Assembly (NCBI GenBank): GCA_965205215.1
Contig: OZ242041.1
Coordinates: 64,001 to 128,000 of the forward strand
Reading direction: 5' to 3'
Source of the DNA: Nitrosopumilus sp.
GTDB taxonomy: Archaea; Thermoproteota; Nitrososphaeria; Nitrososphaerales; Nitrosopumilaceae
DNA: 64,000 nt
Numbering within the stretch: the first letter of the stretch is position 1; every line of letters begins with the position of its first letter. The position numbers and the translations under genes are program-made. Shown here piece by piece: positions 29,019-40,500 of the stretch. The notes beneath the pieces are model-generated. The model saw nothing but the letters and a program-made list of their open reading frames with translations. It was not told the origin of the DNA and searched no databases.

Positions 29019-29891
29019 TCACTTTGGAAAGAGCTCCTCGCTCATGTACCTCTCAAACTCGATGTCAGACTTTTCCCTCTTTGCCTTCATGAACATCTCG
29101 GCGTCGGCGCCCACCACGTACCTTGGCAGCATCTCCTCGTCGTTGATGGCCCCGATTACCGCGTCTGCCACCTGCGAGGGCGGTGTGCCCATCTCCACCA
29201 TCATCTTGATTCCCGCAAGCATGTGGTCTGTCAACACCCTGTACTTGGGATCCGAGCACGACTCGGGAATCCTCATCGAGTCAAAGAACCCGGTCTTTAC
29301 AACGCCCGGCTCGATCAGCGTGGTCCTGATCCCAAACTGCCCGAGCTCGTACCGGAGGCACTCCGTCAGCCCCTCCAGCGCGAACTTTGAGCTGATGTAC
29401 GCGGGGGAGCCCGGCAGCCCCATCCGCCCCACCACGGAGCTGATGTTTACGATGTCGCCGGATCCCTGCCTGCGCATGATTGGGGCGGCCTCCTGTATTA
29501 TCCGCACGATGCTAAAAAAGTTGGTCTCAAACTGCCTTCTGAACTCTGGCAGCGGCACGTCCTCCGTGCAGCCAAACTGCCCGTACCCGGCGTTGTTTAC
29601 CAGCACGTCAAGCCTCTGGTTGTATGACGCGGCCTCCGATACTGCCGACACAATTGCTTTTTCGCTGTCGACGTCCATTCCAGGTATTATCGTGAGTGGG
29701 AGATCCTCCGCCTCATTTCCGTCCTCGGCCTCCACCCTGAGGGCGGCGGGTACCTTGCTGCCGCTGTCGCTACTCCTGACCCCTGCAAACGTGCGGTACC
29801 CGTTTCTTGCAAGCGCCAGCGCGGTCGCCGCGCCTATTCCCGAAGATGCACCGGTGACAAGCGCGACCCTTTCCATGCGCATGATCCGCAC
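29019..29891 (-). CDS. Short-chain dehydrogenase/reductase
   Basis: TGASSGIG, NNAG, YISSK. Confidence 0.95.
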   Translation of the reverse strand: MRIMRMERVALVTGASSGIGAATALALARNGYRTFAGVRSSDSGSKVPAALRVEAEDGNEAEDLPLTIIPGMDVDSEKAIVSAVSEAASYNQRLDVLVNNAGYGQFGCTEDVPLPEFRRQFETNFFSIVRIIQEAAPIMRRQGSGDIVNISSVVGRMGLPGSPAYISSKFALEGLTECLRYELGQFGIRTTLIEPGVVKTGFFDSMRIPESCSDPKYRVLTDHMLAGIKMMVEMGTPPSQVADAVIGAINDEEMLPRYVVGADAEMFMKAKREKSDIEFERYMSEELFPK

Positions 29892-30001
29892 GCTCCGTAT
29901 TTATCACCTGCGGACGGATCGGTTAGGCCGCTTCCTCTGCCGTAAGCGGGTCGCGGCAGGTCGCATCGCGCCCGGCGCTCCCCCGTTGCAATGGGGCGCC
30001 C

Positions 30002-30616
30002 CTACTGCGCCTTCCAGATGTACCACGTGGCCACCGTCCTGTAGGGCCGCCACCCCTCCGCGATTTTTCGGACATCGTCCTCAGACGGCATGTCCGGCAG
30101 GCCGTAAAACAGCATCACCCCCTTTCTGAGGCCCAAGTCGCCGGCGGGCAGGACGTCCATGCGCCCCAGCCCGAACATCAGGAATATCTCGGCAGTCCAC
30201 CTGCCGACGCCCTTCACCTGCGTGAGCATCTCGGTTATCTCGTCGTCTGACATCCTGCCGGCCCTGTCAAGCCGTATGTGGCCCGCCTCAATCATCTCGG
30301 ATATCTTCTTTATGCACTCGGCCTTTCTGACGGAGAGCCCGGTCCCCCGCAGTCTCGAGTCCGGCGTGCCAAGCACGTCCGCGGGCCTCGGATAGGGCGC
30401 GTCGTACATGGCCCTGAACCTCTTGGATATGGCCCCCGCAGAATGGCCTGACAGCTGCTGCGTGATTATGGCCTCCACAAGGGAGCGGTACCTGTTCCGG
30501 GACGGCCTGATCTCGACGCCGGCCGGCACCATTTCAATCACTTTTGCAAGGACGGGATCCCTTTGCAGGCGTCGCCGCGCATACGACACGGCGCGGGATC
30601 CACCAGGCACGGCCAT
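30002..30616 (-). CDS. alkA: DNA-3-methyladenine glycosylase II (HhH-GPD)
   Basis: IITQQLS, VKGVGRWTAE, GDLGL, WRPYRT. Confidence 0.92.
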   Translation of the reverse strand: MAVPGGSRAVSYARRRLQRDPVLAKVIEMVPAGVEIRPSRNRYRSLVEAIITQQLSGHSAGAISKRFRAMYDAPYPRPADVLGTPDSRLRGTGLSVRKAECIKKISEMIEAGHIRLDRAGRMSDDEITEMLTQVKGVGRWTAEIFLMFGLGRMDVLPAGDLGLRKGVMLFYGLPDMPSEDDVRKIAEGWRPYRTVATWYIWKAQ

Positions 30617-30682
30617 GGCCGCGGTGCGGCACGTCGGTATGTAAACCCCTCTGCCCCGAGAGTGTAATACGTCCGGGACGTG

Positions 30683-33475
30683 CTAGACTATCGGGCTGCA
30701 TCCCTCAAAAGAGTCGAGCAGAGCAGTGGCCTGGCCGCTGTTTATCCGCTCAAATACCTCAAGTGACGCCGTCTTGTGCAGGTACTGGTTGTTGTTGCCG
30801 CACCTGTACGACATCGTGCACCGGGGGCATCCGGACTCTGCAGTGCAGGGGCACTCGCCCACTATGCGCGCCCCGCGCTCAAAGGCCGTCTCAAGCCTGT
30901 CGTATAGCGCCCTGCTTGCGCCGCTGCCGCCTATCACCCCGTCGTGCACGAATATCATCCCGGACGAGCCCATCGATATTCCGCCCAGGTTGCGGGAGGC
31001 CCCGCCCGTTATCATGTTGCTTCCCTCTATTACTACGTGCTCTGTGGCATGGTATCCGCTTGTCATGATGTACTCCTCCCCTTCAGGCCTCCCCGGGATT
31101 ATGGCGCTTTCACGCATGTCTTGTCCATGCATGCCCTGCCCCGTCACGTTCCTGCGCATCTCGTCGGTGGCCCTCTGGATCGTATCGTCCGGGGACGGCG
31201 CGCAGAATACGATTCCCTTTGTTACATACGTATATTCCAGAGGCCTGTCAAGCTCCACCGAGTCCGGCGCCACCACACTGTCCGGGTCGAGCCCCACGCT
31301 GTCCTCGTCGCCGTCCCGGCCGCGGTCCATCCAGTTGATCTTTACGTATCCGGTCACGGTCTTTTTTATGCGCAGCCTGCAGAACGCGGTCTCTATGCCG
31401 TTCACCATCCTCTTCTCCACGACCTCCTCTATACCGGGATACTCGGACGTGAGCGCCCTCGTGTAGTATGGGTGGTTCCGCGACAGCTCCTCTATGGCGG
31501 CATACTGCCTCTTTGGATAGTCAAACTCGGTTACCTCGTACGGTCTTCCCGCAAGAAAGTAGACTGCGCCCTCGTGTAGCTCCTCCAGCGCGATCGGGCA
31601 CACCCTGTCTGCCACCTTTCGGCCCCCGGATATGATGTCTATCGACTCGCCCATGCCCCTGATGCTGTACCTGTCAAGTACTCCTCCCGCCGCCCCGCCG
31701 CCCCTGCCCGGAACTATGGCGCCGCCCGCGCGCCTGAGGCGCCCCTGTGATATGTGCTGCCTGATGACCTCGGCGTGGGGCCCCTCCTCCTCCGGGGTGA
31801 TAGGCATGTCGTGCGCCATTGCCAGTATCTGGCACTCCTCGACGTAGGGGTTCCTTGGGTCGATGTACAGTTTCTCGGTATCCTCGAAATAGTCTCCGGG
31901 GTGGTTCCTGTAATACTGGGATATGGGATCGTTACCAAGCGCCAAAAACGCGTAGCCGCGCCGCCCCTCGCTTCTTGCCGCCCTTCCAATCCTCTGTATC
32001 AGCCTGTTTATCGGAGAGGGCGCCGAGACGACGCAGTCAGTGCCCCCCACGTCGATTCCAAGCTCAAGCGTTGGGGTACACGACACGGCCTGTAGCAAGC
32101 CCTCCCGAAACTCGTTCTCGGTTGCGACCCGGTGGCCTGGCAGAAGTCCCGCCCTGTGTACCTTTATCCTCACGCCGCCCCTCTGGCAGTATATCGCGAG
32201 CAGTTCGGCGTTGCGGTGCGAGTTGCTGAACACCATCGTCTGGCGCCCCGACGCGGCGAACCTCTTGGTCAGGTACGACATCAGCATCCGGGGGCTGCGA
32301 AGCGAAGGGAACAGCATGGCAAACTCGATGTTTCTGCCCCTGCCTCCGCCGCGTACAATGGCGATGTCGTCGATTCCGAACAAGTCGGCGCAGAAGCGCC
32401 CCGGGTCGTCAAGCGTCGCCGACGCGGCCACGTACTGCGGGCGGCCGCTGCCGCTGCCGCCTGCAATCCTTGCAAGCCTCCTTATGATGTGGTGCACGTT
32501 GCTGCCAAATATGCCCGAATAGGTGTGGGCCTCGTCCACCACGATGACTCTGACCGTGCGCAGTATGCGGCCCAGCTGGGTCCGGCGCCACATGTGGTAG
32601 TGCAGCAGGTCAAAGTTGGTCACCAGTATGTGCGGGGGACTGCCGGTTATCCTTCTTCTTGCAAGGGCGTCCGTATCCCCGTCGTACGCCTCGGCAGAGA
32701 GCCCCGCCGCCTCCGAGAGCCTCCGAATCTTTGGCAGCTGGTCGCGCGCAAGGGCCTTTGTGGGATATGTTATGATTGCGTGTATGTGTCTCATGGCGCG
32801 GCCGTCGTTGGTGTTGTTGTTGGTGGTGGTACCGTTGGTGCCCGCACCGCCGTGCAGGTCCTCTGCACCGCTGACCGCGTCCGCTATCCTCTGGATCACC
32901 GGTATGAGAAAGGCCTCCGTCTTTCCGGACGCGGTCGGGGCCTCGATTACAGTGTCCCTGCCGGATGTAATGCTCTTGATTGCGTCATGCTGGAACCTGT
33001 AGAGCCTGCCTATCCCGGACTCTTTGAGGGCCGCGGCAAGCCGGCCGTCCAGCCCTGCCTCGTCCGGGCTCGGCCCGTATTCGGGCTCCGCCTCCCTGAT
33101 CACCCTGTAGTCCGCGACATAGTCCTTTTTCGAGTACAGTATGTCGCGCATGAGCCTGTCGGGGCTCTCGTCCCCGATCATGTCTTCAATCTCGGACTCG
33201 GGTCTGACCATGTCCCGCGCCGCCGCATCCCAGGCGTTTAGCGGCTCTGGCGGCGAGCCTGCCGTCGCGGCCGCTTTTGCCGCATCCGGCGCGCCCGCAC
33301 CAAGCGGCCCACCCTCGTCATACCTGACAAGAAACTCCAGAAACGACTCGTCCGGGTTGGAGTTATACGCGACGAGATCCTGCAGCTCGCACCCGCTACA
33401 CGAGACGTGCATCCTGCCGTCAAATGTGCGTGACAACTCCATGCCGGAGTCGCATGCGGGGCACGTGAACTTCAT
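30683..33475 (-). CDS. DEAH-box helicase with DUF1998 (Hrq1/MrfA/SftH family)
   Basis: PTASGKT, DEAH, SAT, LELGID, QRIGRAAR; C-terminal CPC..GCPRC..C. Confidence 0.93.
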   Translation of the reverse strand: MKFTCPACDSGMELSRTFDGRMHVSCSGCELQDLVAYNSNPDESFLEFLVRYDEGGPLGAGAPDAAKAAATAGSPPEPLNAWDAAARDMVRPESEIEDMIGDESPDRLMRDILYSKKDYVADYRVIREAEPEYGPSPDEAGLDGRLAAALKESGIGRLYRFQHDAIKSITSGRDTVIEAPTASGKTEAFLIPVIQRIADAVSGAEDLHGGAGTNGTTTNNNTNDGRAMRHIHAIITYPTKALARDQLPKIRRLSEAAGLSAEAYDGDTDALARRRITGSPPHILVTNFDLLHYHMWRRTQLGRILRTVRVIVVDEAHTYSGIFGSNVHHIIRRLARIAGGSGSGRPQYVAASATLDDPGRFCADLFGIDDIAIVRGGGRGRNIEFAMLFPSLRSPRMLMSYLTKRFAASGRQTMVFSNSHRNAELLAIYCQRGGVRIKVHRAGLLPGHRVATENEFREGLLQAVSCTPTLELGIDVGGTDCVVSAPSPINRLIQRIGRAARSEGRRGYAFLALGNDPISQYYRNHPGDYFEDTEKLYIDPRNPYVEECQILAMAHDMPITPEEEGPHAEVIRQHISQGRLRRAGGAIVPGRGGGAAGGVLDRYSIRGMGESIDIISGGRKVADRVCPIALEELHEGAVYFLAGRPYEVTEFDYPKRQYAAIEELSRNHPYYTRALTSEYPGIEEVVEKRMVNGIETAFCRLRIKKTVTGYVKINWMDRGRDGDEDSVGLDPDSVVAPDSVELDRPLEYTYVTKGIVFCAPSPDDTIQRATDEMRRNVTGQGMHGQDMRESAIIPGRPEGEEYIMTSGYHATEHVVIEGSNMITGGASRNLGGISMGSSGMIFVHDGVIGGSGASRALYDRLETAFERGARIVGECPCTAESGCPRCTMSYRCGNNNQYLHKTASLEVFERINSGQATALLDSFEGCSPIV

Positions 33476-33699
33476 GCGGCCGCATTACGACGCATGCGAT
33501 TTATTGCTTGGGTTTGTTGGATGCGCTGTCTTAACCTGACGCGGCCCGGAGCGGCGGTTACGTCTGCCGAGGCGCGAGGCGGCCGACACCGTGGTGAAAG
33601 CAATTTGCCATGCAGGACGGGCGCCAACGCCTGCAGGGGCGGACTTGCCGCAGGGGCGCCGGATTGAGATATTAGTTACTTGCGGGCACCGGAGATGGG

Positions 33700-34503
33700 A
33701 TGGACGGGCGGCTCGAATATGATGAGATTTACAACATGGACTGCCTGCAGGGGCTGGAGCTCATGAGGCCATCGTCCGTGGATTTGGTGGTCACTGATCC
33801 GCCGTTTGCAATAGACTTTAGGCCAAGGCGCTCAAACTACAACCGCAGGGGCTCGCGCGTCCTTGACGGGTACAGCGAGGTAAGCAGTGTTGACTATTAC
33901 GAATTTACAAAACGATGGATGCAGCTGTCCTCTGCAGCGCTAAAGGAGTCAGGCAGCATGTACGTCTTCTCGGGATGGAACAACCTCTCCGACGTCCTGA
34001 ACGCGATCCGCGACGTCAAACTCACCGTCGTGAACCACATCATATGGAAGTACCAGTTCGGGGTCGTGACCAAAAAAAGGTACGTCACCTCGCACTACCA
34101 CTGCCTGTTCGTGTGCAAAGACGACTCCAAGCGGAGGTTCTACCCGTACTCTAGGTTCTCAAAGGACGAGCGCACCCCAGAGGGGCGCAGTCTGCACTAC
34201 AGGGACAAGGAGGACGTCTGGCAGATAAACCGCGAGTACTGGCGCGGATCTAAAAAGACCCCCACAAAGCTACCGGCCGAGCTGATAAGAAAGATCCTGG
34301 CGTACTCTAGCAGGAAGGGAGATGTGGTCATGGACCCGTTTCTTGGATCAGGCCAGGTGGCGGTGGTCGCAAAGTCCGAGGGGCGCAGGTACGTCGGATT
34401 TGAGATCGTCCCCGAATACTACAGGTTTGCAAAGAGCCGGCTTGACGAGGGCCGGTACCGCATCAGTGCAGATGACGGCGACGGCTACTGCGACCGCTGC
34501 TGA
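33700..34503 (+). CDS. Orphan beta-class N4/N6 DNA methyltransferase
   Basis: TDPPF catalytic motif N-terminal to DPFLGSG SAM motif; no adjacent endonuclease. Confidence 0.93.
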   Translation: MDGRLEYDEIYNMDCLQGLELMRPSSVDLVVTDPPFAIDFRPRRSNYNRRGSRVLDGYSEVSSVDYYEFTKRWMQLSSAALKESGSMYVFSGWNNLSDVLNAIRDVKLTVVNHIIWKYQFGVVTKKRYVTSHYHCLFVCKDDSKRRFYPYSRFSKDERTPEGRSLHYRDKEDVWQINREYWRGSKKTPTKLPAELIRKILAYSSRKGDVVMDPFLGSGQVAVVAKSEGRRYVGFEIVPEYYRFAKSRLDEGRYRISADDGDGYCDRC

Positions 34504-34546
34504 CTGCGCGCGGGACGCGGCAGCAGTGGTGGTACCGGCGCTCTGC

Positions 34547-35041
34547 CTAGGCGGCGCGCCTGCCATTGTCCGGCGCGGACCCGGCTGCCGCCACCCTGTC
34601 CTTTGCAGGGGCACCTTTGTCACCGTCGTTGCTGCTGCTGTTGTTGCTGCTGCCTCCGCCACTACCACCACTACCGTCACCGCCACTACCGTCACCCCGC
34701 ACCGCGCCGCCCTCTTTTTGCCCGATCCTCTTCGAGATTGCGCTGCGCAGCTCCTCATCACTCCTGCCGCCGGGGCTTATGCCCGCAGAGCGCGCAATCA
34801 TCTCGAGCTTTTCGCGCTCCGACTCGACGGGACCCGATATCTTTGGGATTCCGTCCGCCGCATCCTGCATTCCCTTTACGTGCTCCTCGATGCCGTCCTT
34901 TGCCCTGTTGTACTCGCTGACGGCCTTTCCAATCTTCCTTGCGGCCCCGGGAAGCTTGCCGGTCCCGAGTATGAGCACCAGCGCTACAAATATGATTATC
35001 ACCCACTCCGTTCCGCCGACGCTGAGCCCGTACCACTGCAT
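34547..35041 (-). CDS. tatA: Twin-arginine translocase TatA/E with low-complexity tail
   Basis: GGTEWVIIIFVALVLILGTGKLPGAARKIGKAVSEY; likely start ATG 35041. Confidence 0.88.
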   Translation of the reverse strand: MQWYGLSVGGTEWVIIIFVALVLILGTGKLPGAARKIGKAVSEYNRAKDGIEEHVKGMQDAADGIPKISGPVESEREKLEMIARSAGISPGGRSDEELRSAISKRIGQKEGGAVRGDGSGGDGSGGSGGGSSNNSSSNDGDKGAPAKDRVAAAGSAPDNGRRAA

Positions 35042-35372
35042 GATGATAATATTTGGCGGCACTGAAATTAAACCTATAGCGCTCGCAGGTAACCGCCCGC
35101 CCGTGCCAAGGCCCCGCCGTGGTTGCGGCATTTCACGTCGCCGTGCGAATCCGCGGCCTTGCGCAATTGCCTGTTTTTTAATCGGACCGCGTCAGGCCTG
35201 CAGGCCCGTCTTTGGTCATACCCTGCGGGAGAAACGACACCGCGGACCCGCCCCTGCTTAATTTTTCACACGTGCGCGAATCAATGCGCGTCGGCATGGT
35301 CACGACAGCAGTTGTCATTGGATGCTCCTGTTGTCGCTGTAGCCAGTGACACTGCTGCCGTCAGCGGCACCA

Positions 35373-36107
35373 TTACTTGAATGCGGCAACCATTATGGCG
35401 CCGCCCATCAGGTCCTTCTCAAACTCGACGCGTCCAAACCTCTCAAGCAGCATCTCCTCCAGCCGCCCGTTCTGGGGCCACCTCTGAAACGTCCCGTGCA
35501 GCGTGCCGAACTTCAGGCCCAGCCTGCCGCCTGCGCACAGGGCCAGCATGGGCAGCAGGATCCGGAGGTATGCCGAGACGCCGGCCCTGACCAGCGCGCT
35601 GTCCGGCTTGCCCAGGTCCACTATCACCAGCCTGCCGCCCTCCTTTAGGACGCGGTGCATCTCATCAATGGCGGCCCCGAGGTCTATCGCGTCCCTCAGG
35701 GAGTAGCCGCACAGCACTGCGTCAAAGGTGTCGTCCCCAAACGGCATGTGCTCAAAGACGCCGCATGCCGAGTCTGGCGCGTCCTCAAACAGGGAGCCCG
35801 TGTTCTTTAGCATCGGGACGAGCGGGTCATACAGCGTTACTGCAATCTTGCCGCGCGCGGCATCCACCGCGGTACGCGACATGTTTCCAAACCCAGAGCC
35901 CGCGTCCAGTATGCGGTCGCCGGCAGACACCCTGCCCGTTATCGCGCGCCGTCGGTGCTCCGAGTCCTTGCCCAGGGATATGATGCGGTTCACCTTGTCG
36001 TATACCGGTATGATCTCGCGGAGTACCGCGATTACCTCCGGCCAGTAGGTGCTGCCAAGCCCTTGCCCCGGCTCCCCGCTGCCCTCCGTCCCGGGATCCA
36101 TGGCCAT
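35373..36107 (-). CDS. UbiE/MenG-family SAM methyltransferase
   Basis: YDKVNRIISLG, LDAGSGFG, PFGDDTFD, EMHRVLK; start re-placed to 36107. Confidence 0.88.
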   Translation of the reverse strand: MAMDPGTEGSGEPGQGLGSTYWPEVIAVLREIIPVYDKVNRIISLGKDSEHRRRAITGRVSAGDRILDAGSGFGNMSRTAVDAARGKIAVTLYDPLVPMLKNTGSLFEDAPDSACGVFEHMPFGDDTFDAVLCGYSLRDAIDLGAAIDEMHRVLKEGGRLVIVDLGKPDSALVRAGVSAYLRILLPMLALCAGGRLGLKFGTLHGTFQRWPQNGRLEEMLLERFGRVEFEKDLMGGAIMVAAFK

Positions 36108-36126
36108 GCCACCGACGCCGCCCGAC

Positions 36127-36849
36127 TCATGCGGAAAATTCTGGCATCTTGCCTGCAAGCTCCTGCAGGCTCTCGTCGGACATCTTCTCAAACTCCCGGG
36201 TGCCGTCTGGTATCCTTGCCATCTTTATGTGGGCAACCTCGCTCTTCTTGTCCAGCTTCAGGTTGATTGCGCCTATCGCAAGCCGTATGCCGTCGTCCAT
36301 GCCCATGTCGGGGCCGTAGTTCTTCTCCAAAAAGTCGTTCACGTCGTCCGAGCCCGCCCCGATCGCGACTGCCGTATACTGCATGTACGCGCCGCTCGGA
36401 TCAATCACGTAGATGGACCCGCCCTTCTGGTCTATCCCGCCTATTATCATCGAGACGCCGTTTGGGCGCACCCCGCCGTACTGGGTGAACTGGTGCGCAT
36501 GGTCGGCCAGGTGCTTTGCAACCGTCGCCACCTCGACCGGCTCGTCATACGTCATCCTCGTCCCCTGTGAAAAGAACCTCGCGTTGTCGACCTCCACCCT
36601 GGCGTCGGGTATGTATCCGGCCGCGGCCACGCCGATGTGCTTGTCCACCTGGAATATCTTCTGGGTCACGTTCCTCGTCTGCAGCGTTCTCGGCTTCTCC
36701 TCGACGGCTATCACCACGCCCTCCTTTGTGCAGACGCCGACTGCAAGCGCGCCCCTCTTTACGGTCTCTATGGCATACTCGACCTGGTATATGCGCCCGT
36801 CCGGCGAGTACATCGTGGACGTCATGTCGTAATTGCGCGATGCCATCAT
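36127..36849 (-). CDS. psmA: Proteasome alpha subunit
   Basis: YD..TMYSPDGRIYQVEYA signature. Confidence 0.97.
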   Translation of the reverse strand: MMASRNYDMTSTMYSPDGRIYQVEYAIETVKRGALAVGVCTKEGVVIAVEEKPRTLQTRNVTQKIFQVDKHIGVAAAGYIPDARVEVDNARFFSQGTRMTYDEPVEVATVAKHLADHAHQFTQYGGVRPNGVSMIIGGIDQKGGSIYVIDPSGAYMQYTAVAIGAGSDDVNDFLEKNYGPDMGMDDGIRLAIGAINLKLDKKSEVAHIKMARIPDGTREFEKMSDESLQELAGKMPEFSA

Positions 36850-36990
36850 GTCATGGCATGTCTGCCCGGTGTCAATTTAAGGGTTTTAAACCACCACTAT
36901 CGCGCAGCCGTGGCGCCTGCGCCCATACGCACGCACGCACGCACGCGGATCTGGATATAACATTTTAAGCAACCTTGCGCATATCATACC

Positions 36991-37392
36991 ATGAGCGAAC
37001 AGGTGCTGTGCGACATACGTCAGGCTCTCAGGGACAGGCGTCCCGCCTCCGCAAAACCGCACACGGACAGACACACGAGACAGCTGCTGCTCTACATATT
37101 TGCAGTAACCCGCGGGGGCCTTACGCGGCTGCGGATCATAATGGAGCTCTCGGAGAGCACCCGCAACCCGAACCAGCTTGCAAGGGCCTTGGGACTCGAC
37201 TACAAGGCCGTCACGCACAACCTAAAGGTGCTGGAGCGCAACAGCATGGTCTCAAAGATCGGTGACGACCGGTACGGCGCGCTCTACCGCATATCCGACC
37301 TGCTGGAGGCAAACCTCGGGGCGCTCGACGAGGTGATCGACAAGCTCTCCTACAACCTGGAGAAGAAGAGCCGCAAGAAGGTATACCACTGA
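36991..37392 (+). CDS. ArsR-family winged-helix regulator
   Basis: TRGG.TR.RII; NPNQLA..L.LDYKAV.H.LKVL; RYGALY. Confidence 0.88.
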   Translation: MSEQVLCDIRQALRDRRPASAKPHTDRHTRQLLLYIFAVTRGGLTRLRIIMELSESTRNPNQLARALGLDYKAVTHNLKVLERNSMVSKIGDDRYGALYRISDLLEANLGALDEVIDKLSYNLEKKSRKKVYH

Positions 37393-37569
37393 ACCTCGGC
37401 ATGCCGCCGTACAGTCGCGGGCCCATGTTAACACGGATCTCGGCGCGCCGGCCCGTCCGCCGGCCCGGCAGCCGCGTCAGCGGATGCCCGTCTTGCCGCT
37501 CCACGTACTGCATCCGGATCCGCGGGCCGGTCGTGCCCTGACCGCGCACCGCCCGCGGACAAGACACGC

Positions 37570-40500
37570 TCAGCGGCAGCGGCTCTGAACCGGGGGCAGG
37601 TCGTACTCGGACCACGCGCCGTCCGCGAACAGCCACGACTGGTACTGGTCGTCTTTTAGCAGGTCCCCGTTCTCGTTGAGTTCCGTCGAGCCGATGGCGC
37701 CCACATACTGCATCGCGGTGGGTTTTATCTGCGGCAGCACGTCTGCAGGCTCGGAGCTCTGCGCGTAGAGTATCGAGAGTCCCAGCAGCCACACCGCGTC
37801 ATACGCATAGCTGGAGTACGGGCTGGGCTCTATCCCGCGCGACTCGAGGTGCTCGTGGATGTGGCCGACCAGTCCGCTGTCGTCCGGAACGGACGGCTGG
37901 ACCGCAGTAAACCGGACCTTGTGCGCAAATGCGGCAGATGCCGGGTCGTCTGCCACGTTGGGCGACGCCGTATTCTGGTCCGCGCCAAACCACCTGACGT
38001 CATCCAGCACGTCGTGCGAGGCAGCGGCCTTTAGGAAGAGCGGCCCCTCCCCGAATCCGACATACAGCACCGCCACGTTGGGCGCCCCGCTCTGCCCTGC
38101 GGCCCGCCGCACCTCGTCGGCCAGGGCTTCGGCCGCCGCTGTCATTCCTGTCCCGGCGACAAAGCCGTCTCCTTGGACATAACTCGCGTCATACGTGATA
38201 ATCTCCGAGAACGTCACGCCCCTGGCCTCAAAGCCGCCCCTGGCCGCCCCCAGCAGTTCGGTGGCCCACGGGTTGTCTATTCCGACCGGCACCACGTGCT
38301 TCAGGTCTATTTCCGGATGCGCCGTCATCAGCCTTACGATCTCCGCTGCGTGCACGCGCTGGTCGGGAAGCATCCTGAAGAGGGCGTCGCCGGGTATGGC
38401 GTTTGTGGGGGACGACGAGCAGCAGCTGACCAGCACCATGCCGTTGGTGTTCGCATAGTCAAGGACGTTCTGCGTTATGATGTCGATCACGGGCCCGTTT
38501 ACAAGCTTGACGTTCTGCCGGTCAAGCGTCGCGAGTCCGGCCAGTGCGGCGGCGGGGTCGGTCTCCGTGTCGATGTGTATTGCCTTGAGCGACCACATCT
38601 CCCCGCGCATTGCAAGGTACTCGTTAAAGTCAGATACCGCAAGATCAGAGGCCGCCCGCGTCTCCAGCCCGTAGCGATAGGCGTTTCCGGTTACCGGCGC
38701 AAGCGAGCCTATCAGGACGTCGCCCGAAAGGGGCTCAAAGTCTGCAAACGACGCCCAGTGCCCCCTTCCAAACGGGTATGTGGGATCGTCAAACCTCTCA
38801 AGGACCACCCTCGTGATGGAGGACGTGCCGGCGCCGTCGGTGCCGCGCACTACCTGGTCTGAGAGGTAGAACGGCCCGTTGCTGATGACCATGTGTCCCA
38901 TCGAGTCTATCCACGACATGGCAGCGTCGTATCTGGCAGTCGTGTATGCGGAATTCTTGTTCTCGTACAAAAAGTACGGGACATGGTACGCGTTGGACGC
39001 GTCTCCAAAGTCCGCAAGGTACTGGCGGATCAGGTTCGCGTCGCTGCGATCAAGCATGTCAAGCCAGTTGCCGCTGTGGTCCCGCGCGGCCGAGGCGGTC
39101 CAGTCGGCCCTGCCTTCGTGTATTGCCATGTCCATTGCCATGTAGAGCTCCCACGGTACGCGCGTCCACAGTCCGGTCTCTACTGCTATCTCGTCGTGAT
39201 CAAAGTGCCAATAGTCCGTGTATATCTCGATGGTGTCGCGGTCTATAATGCGGACCGCCACCAAGTACGGGCTTGCCTGGCGCGGCGCGTGCTGGTCGGA
39301 CTCTATTATCGCCTCGTCGCCGTGCAGCACGTGGTGCTCCACGTCAAACACCAGCGGGTACAGGATGTCATTGAGGTCCATGGGCTGCCCGTGGTGCCAG
39401 TTGGCAAGCCGCAGGTCCACGGTAACCCTGCTGACCGCCTCAGTGCTGTTGGTCTGAACCCACGCCATCTCGTGCGGGTTCCATGTTATGGCGTCGGGCG
39501 GAACTGCAAGCGTGCCGTCCGGCCCCCCGGTGGCCACGGACAGCAGGGCGTTTCTGCCGTCAAGCAGGCCCGTGCCGCTGGGATGGCGCGCAAAGGGGGC
39601 GTCGTACAGGAGCGACCATACGTCGCTGCTATACGAGTCGGCGAATCCGCCCACCGGGTTCCAGGCGCTCTGCGCCACGTGCCTGACGCCGATGCTCAGG
39701 CTCGTGTCGTTTTCCGGCAGCTGCGCGTTGATCGGGGTATACTTTGACGTGATGCCGTCGTACGCGGAGTTGACCACGCCGGTTATCCCGCCCCTTACGG
39801 GCTGGACCGTGAACGAGTTTGCAATAAATACGCGCACGGAGTCAAGGACCCCCAGGCGGGTTGCATCCGAGACGAGGCGGGCCCTGTCCTCAAGCGAGTC
39901 GTATAGTTCCAGATATAGGTACGCCGTGAGAAGGTCCAGCTCCTCGTTTGCATAGCTCCAATAGTGATCATCCTCCCCGCCCGGAAGGTTTCCAGGCCAC
40001 GATGCGTAGAATATTGCAAGTATGGCATTGTCGTACTTGATGACGCCCGAGCTTGTATAGGCCTCGGTATACAGGTGCCATCCCTGGTCCGCGGGATCCG
40101 TCGCATACACTGTAGAGTATGCGTCACGCAGGTCCCCGTACGCCCTCTTGACCCCAAATCCCAGGCGCTCAAGATCGGCTGCCAGGCTCTCCCCGATCTG
40201 GTGGCGCACCCGGTCGTCATCACGGATGAAGATCGTCACCTCTATTGGCTGGCCCCCGTGCTGCCACACGCCGGAGGACGACTTTGAGGCGCCCGCGGAC
40301 CTGAGCGCCTCTGTAATCAGCCGGTTGGCCTTTGCAAGGTCGTACCCAAACCCAAGCGATGCGAGATCCCGGTGCACCAGAAAGTAGTCGGGGTGGGTCG
40401 GGGACAGCGCGGAGAGCATTGCGGTTCCAGATCCCAGCAGGTCGTTTACGATGCGGTCCCTGTCTATCATAAAGTTGAGCGCAAACCGCACATCGCGCAG

